64,000 nt of DNA from Ostrea edulis. Lineage: Eukaryota. Within the stretch, counting starts at the first letter, position 1. Every line of letters begins with the position of its first letter. Below the pieces are notes generated by a model that made no database searches, had not been told where the DNA came from, and saw nothing but the letters and a program-made list of their open reading frames with translations. The position numbers and the translations under genes are program-made. The DNA lies in assembly GCF_947568905.1 (NCBI RefSeq), contig NC_079169.1, positions 92,876,001 through 92,940,000 of the forward strand, given 5' to 3'. This document shows, piece after piece, positions 8,948-20,900 of the stretch.

Positions 8948-11900
8948 ATGTTTAAGATAGAATCCTACATAACGCCACTTTTGATGGGATATGTTGACAA
9001 GTATGTGAAATTACGACATGAGGATTTCCAGCTGTCACTATGGGGAGGCGATGTAGTCCTGAACAATCTTGACCTGAGATTGGATGTCATCGAAAAAGCC
9101 ATCCAGCTCCCAATCATCTTCAAAAGTGGACACATCCATGAACTTAGAATACATGTACCATGGACAAAATTAGGCTCAGAGCCAGTGGTTATAACAATTA
9201 ACACAATAGAATGTATTCTTAAACTAAGAGAAACAGCTTATGGTGATACTGCCAGTTCTGCGACACCAGAATTAAAGAAGTCAAGGTCGTTTCAGGCAAA
9301 ACAGAGGCAGAGAAGACAACAGGGAGGGGAGGAGCTGCCTCCAGGCTACTTACAAAGCATCATCAACAAGATTTCTAACAATGTCAGTGTAGTTATCAAC
9401 AACTTAATCGTAAAGTTTGTAGAGGATGACATAGTTCTGTCCGTCAATGTGAAGTCTCTAGAATGTTTCAGTGTGAATGAACTGTGGAATCAAGCATTCA
9501 TTGATTTGACTCCCCCAGAGCTTGCTCTCAGGAAGTCTATCAACCTCTCGGACCTTACCATATGTCTTGACAAGTGTGACAGTAGCGGCAAGATTGAGAA
9601 CTATCAGGACCCTCTGGTATACAGATGTTCTGTTACCGGCAGAGTCTATCTCAAATACGACTCAATCAATGCCAAGTTTCCCAGTATTACAAAGTTTGAT
9701 TTATTCTGCGAGACTCTGGATGTCTCTCTGACTGATACTCAGCTGCCACTGTTTTTTCGATTGATCGAGTTATGTCTGGCATTGTATTATGGTACTCTGG
9801 AGTTTCCTAGTTCAGAGAAGGAGCAGGAGTCCGGTGTGAAGAGTGATGATGGGAGTGAGGAAGGAAAAGTAGAAGGTAGGAACCTTATTTTGAATAAACA
9901 TTTGTGCTCAGACTGATTGTGAAACCAAAAGGTACACAGCCTGCAATCATCAATAGGCTTACCTTCTTTGTTTCAGGTTAGAATAAAAGGATATTTTACT
10001 TAAAAGTATACCCATCACAGAAATGCAGAAATTTTTAGGGTTAGGGATTAGAATTGAACTATGGATTTTGATAAGTTAGATTAAAACTTCTCATCAATAA
10101 CAGTAGGTGTGATATAATGAGCATTGAGCACAGAATGTTATTGTAAATTCCTTTTTGTTCATGAATGAAGATCTCAACAGCATTTCTAACATTTGTGTAG
10201 GGGAAAAAACAGCTTGAAAATCATGATTTTACATAACATTGTTTATTTATTAATTGATTGGTAGGCATCAGTAAGACTTCTGCATGGTATATCAATTGGA
10301 TTTTTAACATATTCAATTAACCATATGAATATAGTTACATATAATTATATACTGAACATATACTGTGGTCAGACTTTCTCTGAGGGCTTTTAGTTGACTA
10401 CTTGATGCTCTAACATGTTTGTCATCATTTAGCTGACAATGTAACTGTAACACACATTGCATTGTGGGTTAATTGAGGTGGGAAGATATAAAAACATGTC
10501 TTAACATGATACTGACTTCCTCAGAAATTGAAGAATTAAATTGGGATATAATTTGATATCTTTTGAACAAATGTTTCATCTGAATAATTTTCAAGAAAGT
10601 TTTCACTTTAGGTAATAATCAGAAATAAATGATAGATTTCAACAACAAAAAATATCTATAGTCTATACCTATAAGCTATTGTAAAAACATTTCTTTGATT
10701 TCACCTTTTTTCCCGTAGATGATGAGGACAAGCAGTTACAGGATCAAGAAAATCAACAGAGCTGGTCCTCCTGGGCCTGGTCCTACGTCCCCCAAATCAT
10801 TCCCGCGGGAGAGGAGGAATTACAGGAGGAGGAGAGATCACCAAAGAAGAAACCCCCGCCCGCCGTGCTGGCAGTCGGGATGTACGCTCACAATGCTTCG
10901 CTGACATTCAAGGTACGTTGTCATGTTGTAGAGAGGGCACAATAGAAAGAAGAATTTCACATTTTGTACAAATAGAGAAAAGTAGGAATACTTTAAAAGG
11001 AATGTCAAGTTTGATTCATCCCACACGCAGAGAGGTACCCTAATTGTAAAATAAAAATACTCTAATTAATCATGGATATGACGATGGGTTAATTATAAAG
11101 AAGTCAATATAAATTGTCAGCACTTTTTACCTGTCACATGTCTGGTCATGTTAAAGAGGAAAATATTTTTTGTAAAATTCAATGTTATTATTCCACTCAT
11201 TAGCTTCTGAAGATCTTACACACTTATCATAGAAAGAAAAATATTTTGATGTAAGAAATTTCACGGAGGCAAAATAAAATACTTCATATTTTAGTAGATA
11301 AATTTTTTATATTAGTTAAAGTTACTACTGTTGATTTTGTTTATATGAAATAACTTCAATGTTTTTCATTTTATTTCAGCTGACTGAAAAAATGAGAGAA
11401 AAGGTACATTACGGTCCTGAGAAGATTGCCTTCAGACCCTTCATGTTTCTGAAGGCTGAAGGAATAGGACTGGACATCATAATGAAGGGGCTGACCTTCT
11501 TCAATGTGCAGTTTGGAATCAGCAACATCAGTTTGGAGACAAGGGGAAACTGTATCTGTGGGGCGGATGATGGAGAAGATCAAAGGGTATATGTGTATTC
11601 AATTCAGATCAAAGGCTGTTCTACAGGATTTGATATGCATATTTACTTTAGAAATTAGAATTGTATTGCATGCTGAAGTTTTTCATATGAATAAATGAAA
11701 TCATGTCAGTAGAAGAAACTTTCAGTAGTTATGTTAGGTGAAATGAAGAAATACCATGTGAATATTTTGTTAATGTACTTCTGATGTCCAATTTTGCTCT
11801 ATACAATATTTACAGAGCAATGTGATTGTGAAAGGAGGAAGTGAGCTCTCCGACAAGCTTGTCAACTACTACAGTAGGTCGTTGTTTGACCTTGGTTGCC

Positions 11901-14900
11901 CTGTCAACCAAGGGCAGGTGTTGACCTGGACCTTTGATGGTCCAGAACATTTACAGACATATACAGAGCAGGCTGGGGTGGATAAGTTCGGGGTGTTTTA
12001 TGTGGACTATCTGTATGTGATGCAGCCATATGAGGACTCGTCTCAAATGATAGGTAAGCTTATCAGTGTGAACGGAAGCAGGTTCTATAGTATGTGATGC
12101 AGCCATACAAGGACTTGTCTCAAATGATAGGTAATCTTATCCAGTTGACTGGAAGCAGGGTCTATCCTGTGATGGACAATGTCTGAGAGTGGTCCCAAAT
12201 TTACACAGGTTTGTCCTTTTCTCTCATATCCTCGTCTTGGTTTATAGATAGTACACATATTTTGAATCTGTGCTAAACTCAGAAATCAAATGCTTGATTT
12301 TTTCACAGATTTGTTTAGCACATGTTCATAACTCTGGGAGAAATTATTGCATATTACATTCGAATGCAAACACTAAGTTTAGTATGACAGTCCTATGTTA
12401 ATCCTCACTGTTTGTGATTTTGTCCATAGGTAGCACATCCTCGTTATCAGAGGGAGAAGAGCATGTGTTTCTCAGGGAGACGTCTTTGATGAGGTACATT
12501 GTGGGGAGTTGTCAATTTAACGTTTCATCCTCAGCTGTCCACAGAATTCAAAGGTTTATACAAGCAGCTCAGAACCACAGCTACGAGCCTTACACCAAAA
12601 CTAAACAAGGTACATATTGTACACTAACACCAAAACTAAACAAGGTACATATTGTACACTAACACCAAAACTAAACAAGGTACATATTGTACACCAACAC
12701 CAAAACTAAACAAGGTACATATTGTACACCAACACCAAAACTAAACAAGGTACATATTGTACACCAACACCAAAACTAAACAAGGTACATATTGTACACC
12801 AACACCAAAACTAAACAAGGTACATATTGTACACCAACACCAAAACTAAACAAGGTACATATTGTACACTAACACCAAAACAGGTACTGTGGAATCATCA
12901 CTGTTCGGGGGGGGGGGGGGGGGATTGATGTTTGTGTATTTCGTGGGTTACTCTTACCCAGGAATTTACATGTCCTGGAACATTTTTTAAACCAAGTAGA
13001 GTCATCTCTCCTAGTGACATCGTATCGCTTACCCACGAAATTAAGTCCCCATGAACCAGCAAAATTTTGCTTACCCATTAACATTGGCCCCCGAGAATTC
13101 AAATGATTCCAGAGTATGTGTCTTGCATAGCTTTAAACCAAAACCAAAATAGCCACAAGCTTTACACCTAAAACAGGTACGCGTGTACTACACAGAGGTG
13201 GTTGGTGATTATTACACGTATCATCAGTGTCAAAAAATAAATCTTAATGAAGATATGTGCTGTAAAATTGATTAATTAGAATGTGTGCATTTTTGAAAAA
13301 GAATATGTGGAAAATAAAATATTAAATTTACAATTACACTGGCTTTTCTGTGTGGGTTTTGACAGAGGTGGTGGATGACCAGCGGTCAGCACCTTCAGAG
13401 GCCCAGGTGTTGTCCATGGAGAATTTCATGCCAACTCGAACACAACAACTCACCATTCTACAACCACATATCTCTGTTTACTTTGCTCAACATGAAAACT
13501 GTGATATTTCAAAGAAATCCTACAAAACCATTCAGAAATCTTCGAAGGTAAGTAAAAGCTTTTTGACTGTACAACTAAGTTCTTTTTATCAGGGTTGTTT
13601 AGAAACTCTCAAGACCTATTGATTGTCCAGTTTCATTAATGAACACTTATCGGTGCTAGGTTTCTAAAGAGGAATCAAATTCCACAAAGTCCTCGTCTGT
13701 GATATTACCAACGGTTGCTATGACAGCAGTCAGATTTGAATTTCAAGTGACAAATCCCATGTATCCAAGAAAACTGATTAAGTTTGTTAGCAAGATGGTC
13801 GGCCCCTCCAGCAATCTCTTACATCACTGCCACTCCCACACACATTTCAAGGTGAGTTTTCATTCTAAAGAAAACATTTCAGAGATGTCTTATATCATTC
13901 AGTTGGCTGTAAGACAGCAGTGTATTCAACATGAACTCTTTGTAGTTGTTTGGAGCTGCCATTGGTGTGCAGACACTCTCAGAAGACTTGTCAAGGTCAC
14001 ATGTCCTTTCTGTAGTGCCGGAGTTTAGTGGCGCCATCTACACCAGGCGTTTGCTGCTTTCTATGTATTGGTAATTTTATAATTATGTTCTAATGCTGAA
14101 ACATACAATTTCTATGGTTCCTTGATATATTGACAGTGCTATCATTAGAGTGGATGCAGCAGGTATCTTAAATCTTAAATCAGAATCTCAAATCGTCGAA
14201 ATTTAACTTTGTGAGATAAAAAAGGACTGTCACAGATGATACGAAAAAAACCCAGGATGTACTTAACTCGAATTTTCTCTGTCTTAATCTTTAGAGTTCA
14301 CTACACTCACTATACTAAAGAAAAAATTTCCTACAGCAAAATAAGAATTGATATAAATGTTTCTGTTTAAAACACTATCAGGAACAGTAAAACGCAGCCG
14401 AAGGTTGAGCAGATATACGAGATTCCGCAGGGGACTGTGAACTTGACCAAGGCCAGCTTACTTCTGCTGACACAGATTGTATCGTCATGGCAACAGAAGA
14501 TACCAAAATCAGTACTTCTGACAGATACCAGTCTGATGGAGGATAATTTTGTGGAAGGTAAGAATAGTTCCTGCTCTTTATTATAGTGAGAGAACTTCAG
14601 CTTGGTAGATTAGTGTATTAGGACACTAGTGAGTAAATGATACATGTATATAATATACTATGTATCTAGGTATTTTTAAGAAATGTTTTGAGACTTTTGT
14701 TTTTATACCTTTTGTTTAACTACAATATATTGAGTTTCTAAGGTATCCACAACTGGAAATCTTCTGCAGTTTGCTGTAGACATTGTGAGACATTAGATCC
14801 CATCTTCTTTTCTTTTTATTATACCCCCCGCAACAAGTTGTGGGGGGGGTATACTGGAATCGGGTTGTCTGTCCGTCCGTCCGTCTGTAGACCCAATGGT

Positions 14901-17900
14901 TTCCAGGCTCTAAAGCATTATCCTTTTCACCTACAGTCACCATATCATATATATGGACTACCCATGGGATGAAGATGTTCCCTATTGATTTTGGGGTCAA
15001 AGGTCATGCGCACTGGACATCGAAGTAGCAATATGGTTCGGTTTGTCATACCATTTGTTTTTTACACTCAGAAAAGAGGTAGTTTATACCTATTACCAAC
15101 ACCCTTTGGGAGATTGGGGTAAGCGGGGCGTATTCTTAGTGAGCATTGCTCACAGTACCTCTTGTTTCTTTTTGTTTCTTTTGCTGTAACAAGAAAATAT
15201 ACAGTCAAACCTTGTTATCATGAACTCAATGGAGCTAAGAAAAAACTTCAAGTCAGAGATATCTGAGGGTTCGAGATATTAAGGTTTAGATACATAAAGA
15301 AAATGTAGTTAGGACGTCCAACTCAAGATACTGATGTCTGATATACTGTATTATATAAGGAGTTCTTATATTATAGATGTATTATATAAGGAGTTGTATT
15401 ATTACAGATGTACAGCTGTATTATATAAAGAGTTCTTATATTACAGTTGTATTTTATAAGGAGTTCATTTATTACAGATGTACAGTTGTATTATATAAAG
15501 AGTTCTTATATTACAGTTGTATTATATTAAGGAGCTCTTATATTACAGATGTACAGTTGTATTATATTAGGAGTTCTTATATTACAGTTGTATTATATAA
15601 GGAGTTATGTACAGTTGTATTATTTAAGAAGTTCTTATATGACAGTTGTATTGTATAAAGAGCTTTTATATTACAGTTGTACTATATAAGGAGTTCTTTT
15701 ATTACAGTTGTATTGTATAAAGAGCTTTTATATTACAGATGCTGTCAAAATACCTGTGCTAGAACTGACTATGTCAGGACTGGAAATGAAGAAATCTAAA
15801 CTGGTGAATACCCAAGCCTGTACTGGTTCCCTGTCCTCTGCCATGGCAACATTATACTGTAAGTTGCCTACATTTATGTTATATTTCTTTATGAAAGTAC
15901 AAGATACTTGTGACTAGACTATAGTTTATATAGATTATAATTATAAATACAATTTGTCAGTAGATGAAGTCAATAAACCATGTGTATCATTAAAGCTAAC
16001 CCCCATCAAGAGTTGTGGAAAAGAGCTTCTATATTATTACTAGTAATTTATGGTATGCAACTAAAATTCAAATGGCCTTGCCTTAAATTTTAAATATTTT
16101 TAGTCATTGCCAGGTGTAGAAGTGAGTAGTTGTTAGTACTTTTAAGGAATCAAGAAACGACTTTGTCCTTGTAGTGGGGAGGGACTCGTCACCTATCCCG
16201 GTGTTCATGGCTCCGGCAGATACCAGTAAGATTGCCACGGAGGAGTTCTTCATGCATCAGACCACGTACACAGAGGAATCTAAAGACTTCATCACATTCA
16301 TTTATCAGCTGCCCAAAGACCAGTCACTTGCAGAAGGTAAAAATTATTATTTCTTCATGTCCATTTACCAAATTCCCAAAGTCTATTTGCTGTTGGAAGG
16401 GAAAAAAAGATTTCATCACTTTTATTTATCAACTTTCCCCAAAGACCAGTCATGGGTGGAAAGCAAAAAGAAAAACATCATTAAGAAATTTCTCAGATTT
16501 ATCATTGGATATAGTGACATTTTAAAAATACAATTTCTTTTGTTTGTCATTAAAATGCAACTTTTTATTTTCTTTATAGTTCCTACTGTGGCCTTGCTGA
16601 ACATGGAGGGGTTTGTGTGTCATGTCACTCCAGCATTAAATGAATGGTTTAACTACACCCCCACACTAAAGAAGAAATCCACAAAGAAGGAGAGCCAAGT
16701 CAGCCTTGACCTGGCCCTGGCTGAGGCCACTTCACCATTGCAGAGACAGGTGTCAAAAGGTGAAGATTATCTCAGACAAAGTTGATGCACTCACATGTTT
16801 CCAATAAAAACAGAGAATGAGGCTGTGCATTGGATAGATTTTTTGATTTTGTTGATGAGATATAGCTGAATAAAAAAAAAAATTAAATTGTGTTTGGCAG
16901 CTTCCAGTGCTGGATCAACAACTCACAAAACTGAATCTGTCACTAAGAACACTAGTCAAGTAGAAACGAAGACAATTACCCATAGTGCTTCACAGAAAGC
17001 CCTGACCAATCAGAAATCAGAAAGCGACAAATCCGACAGATCTGAAGATGTTTTCGGGAAATGGTTGTCTGGAATTTTTCCATACGTCAGATCACTCTAC
17101 CTACAGGTAAACACATAACAAACACAGATAAATATCAGTGGGGGGGGGGGGGGATCAAGGAAATTCTCAAAGGGTGGGGAGGATTTAGCTGCAGCCTTGT
17201 AGTTCCTAGTTGCAAATTTTTGGAGGTTTGACGTGTCAATATTAATGATCAGGGAGCTACAGAACTGCTACTAGGGAGATGCAACCAAAAAATAGTACCT
17301 TCCCTTCCCAAAAGATAGGTTGCAGATTTTAAAATTGCAGACCATGACCTTTTTTGTTACTTTCAACCAATGTCCCTTGAAATTCATAAACTATATTTCA
17401 AGGTTTCATAAAAATGTACTCAAATAGGACATTCATTTGGGTGTCCGTCTTATAGACTTCTGTTTTTGTGGATTAATGAACGATGATATTTTTGAAACAT
17501 CAGGTGGATGTGAAGTGTTGTTGTCTGTTCCTGAACGTCTCCAGTTATACTGTGTCTGAGCCCAGCTCCTTCATCCCCCTCAACATCAGGGCAGCCATTG
17601 CTGAGAACCCAAGTGCAGAGACACTGGTTCTCTGTCTCCCCAACCTCAAGCTGTACAGCTCTGGGGGTAGGTCCCTATCTCGGGAAATGGACATCCCAAT
17701 CACTAATCTGGAGGGACCAATAAAAGGTCAGCATTCTTCATGATTGTAGATTTCCTCAAACTATGTCAGTTTCTCTTGCTACCTGAATGTCACAAAATAC
17801 CTTTGCTTAATTCATGAAACTTTATTTACTGTAAACTGATTCTAAGTTAAACGCTTTTCATAATTGCATGGCTTAATTTGCTATCTGAGTATCTTCTCAT

Positions 17901-20900
17901 GCATTCACCATTAAGTCATGTGATTTCCCAGCTGTTTGCAGTGTAATTGTTTTAAAATATCTCAGGGGAGAGATTACCATGGCAGATGAGTTTGGATGAC
18001 TTCAGTGTTTACTCACTCCATGGATCAGATATTCATTCTGTGGTCAAGCCAGCATCGGTCAGCTGTACTGTTGCGGTCACCTCTAAGTACGATCCATCAT
18101 CTTCTGACAATATCACGGCTCTTGGACTCTGTTTACACACAGACATGAGAGCGGTGACCGTGTCTTGTTCAAAACCTCAGGTATGGTTTAAATGATGCTT
18201 AACCATATTTAACACTAAGAACCAACTTATGTAGCAGATTGAATTTTTGTCCAGGAAGCAAACCTTCAGGGGATATGATTTGAAGATTTTTAGGTCACCT
18301 GAATCATTCAGGTGACCTATTGCTATCTGTTTTTGTCCGTCGTCATTCGTCGTGCGTTAACATTTGAACATTTTCAGCTTCTTCTCTGAAACCCCTGAAC
18401 CAATTTCAACCAATTTTGGCATATAGCATCTGTGGGTGGAGGGAAACAAAAATTGTGAAATTCGTGGTCCCTGCCCCCCTGGGACCTGAGGGGTGGGGCA
18501 AAAACCATCAAAATGAGTGTAATTTTAAAAAATCTTCTTCTTTACTCCTGGACATCAAGAAGCCAAACTGTGGGCATAATTATAATGAGCGTTGAGCCCT
18601 CTACCAAAATTGTGAAATTCATGGTCCCTGGGGCAGGGGTTCTTGTGTTAGGGTGGGGCTCTATTGGTCATATAGTGAAAATGTAGAAATTCTTTGAAAA
18701 TCTTCTTATATTGGTTTTATCTAAGGAGTAAATAACCCTTTTCTTTATGATGTCTCAGACCTAGGTTTTTTAAAAAGGATTATTGATTGAACATAAAAAT
18801 GACACATGTACTTCATGACCACATAGCTATTCAATGTTTCTTCCATCCAAAAGTAAAATTCTTATATTTAAACACAAACCTAATTCAAACATTGGAAGGT
18901 TGTTACATGATACTCAGGTGACCTATAAGGCCCCTGGGCCTCTTGTTTATTGTTTTAAACTTGGAAATGAATGGATGAAATTGTTATTATTTACAGGAAA
19001 TGACTTGTACGAGTCATTAGGACTCATTTTGATTCTTTGAAGAAAATTGAACAAAATGATCTTTCTTATCTGTTTAAAGTAATTCACAATTCTGTACCTT
19101 GGTAATCTAATTATCAAAAAAAGAAAGAGAAAGAGCTAGCTGTAAAAGATATAAGCTTGTTCTGTGATTTTGTCTGTTAGTTCTATATTAAAGAATTGAT
19201 TCCTGGGTATACTATCAGGTTAAGCTATGTGCACGGCTGGCAGTGAGCTTGCTAGACATGGCTACAGAAGTCAGATCTCTGATGAAGGACCTGCTTCCCA
19301 AATCTGTAGAGAAAACCAAAAAGGTTGACACCCCAGAGAAACCAGCGGAGACAGAACCTGCGAGCAATAGGTCTATTGTGGAAGGTACAACTGCCTGATT
19401 GATGTTTGAACAAGTTGTGTAATTTTTAGCTCAACCGAGCTTTCAACTCATGTAAGCTTTTATGGTCACCTTTTGTCTGGCAATGCCGTCTGTTTGTCAC
19501 CTTTAAACATTTTTTACTTTTTCTCCAGAACTACAGGGCTAATTTCAGTCAAACTTGCCACAAATCATGTCGGGGTAAAGAGGATTCCAGTTTTTTCAAA
19601 TGAAGTGCCACACCCTTTTTGAAGTGTAAATGATTAAGAATTTGTGAAAATTTTGTGACATCTTTTAAAAAAAATTCTCTAGAACCACTGCAACAATTTC
19701 ACTCAAACTTCACAAATCAAACTTGAGTAAAAAGGATTCAAGTTTGTTCAAATGAAGAAGCATGCTCCATCCAAAGGGTAGATAATCAATGAAAGGCAAA
19801 AATTAAAGCTTCCTGACATAAAGTAGAAATCAATGCACTAGAGGGTACGTTGGGGCCACAATAGGAGATCAAAGTTTTAAATGTGGATATATAGGAAAAA
19901 TATTTAAAAATCTTTTCAAGAACAACCAGATCGTGTTTAGTCATATTAATAATGCAAGCATCTCCATATAGTGCTGATTCAAGTTTGTTCAAATAGTGAC
20001 ACCAAAAAGTAGGGTGGTTGGGGCCACAATAGGGGAATAGCAGGGCCACACATAATTCTATTGAATTATAAATGTTACCAAGTCGTGTGGATTAAAGTTT
20101 TTTTTATATTCTTCTGCGACTACGGGGTATTGATTTTGTTCTGTCTGTCTGTCCGAAACAATATCGTTGCTTATAACCTTTGAATGGTGAAGAGAGGGCT
20201 CTCATATTGTATATGTGCATTTCTTGTGACAAGACATTTTTTATGGCACCAAAGTTTTTAACCTCACGACCTTGGCCTTGGAGTTTGATCTACTTTTAAG
20301 AAAACCTAATCATTTCAATATTTCATGAACTATTTAAGGTATAACTTTTATATTTTAGGTATATATATTTCTTATGGCAAGACCCTTCATTTCTTACTGT
20401 GATCTTAAACCTGGTGACCTTGATCTTCTCCAGAACAGCAAGGTCATGTTAGTCATATTGGTATTGAGGCATCTCCATGTTGTGTGAATTCAAGTTCAGT
20501 TATGTCATGACACTTTTGGGACGAGATTAGGGCCACAATATGAGGTCAAAATTTTTCATGAGAATAGAGATTGAACAAAAATTACAATAGCTAAACAACA
20601 GCAGGGCCATGGTGACTTCCATGGGTGATGTGGCCCATAGGCCACTTGATCCACTATATCTTGCTGTTAAAGTAAGTCAGAGTGCACCAAATATCTACCA
20701 TAGTTCCAAATCAAAGTGATTATTATTTATTTTCATAGATGTACTTTTAACTGAGACCGACACGTCCGGTGACAATAAATCAAGGGGAACAACTCCGAGT
20801 CAGGACTTGGAGTTTAATGGGTACAACAAAGACCGCGTCAGACTGTCGCTGTGGCTGCAGTGGACCCTGCCAAAACTCGAGCTTCGCTTCTACAAACTCG

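Noticed and set aside
14743-14785. Possible extra symmetric VPS13B exon (TTCTAAG|GTATCC...CATT|GTGAGA)
   Set aside because: Exon 9 (phase 1) joins exon 10 directly in frame. The splice signals are weak and I see no recognisable homology; RNA-seq is needed.
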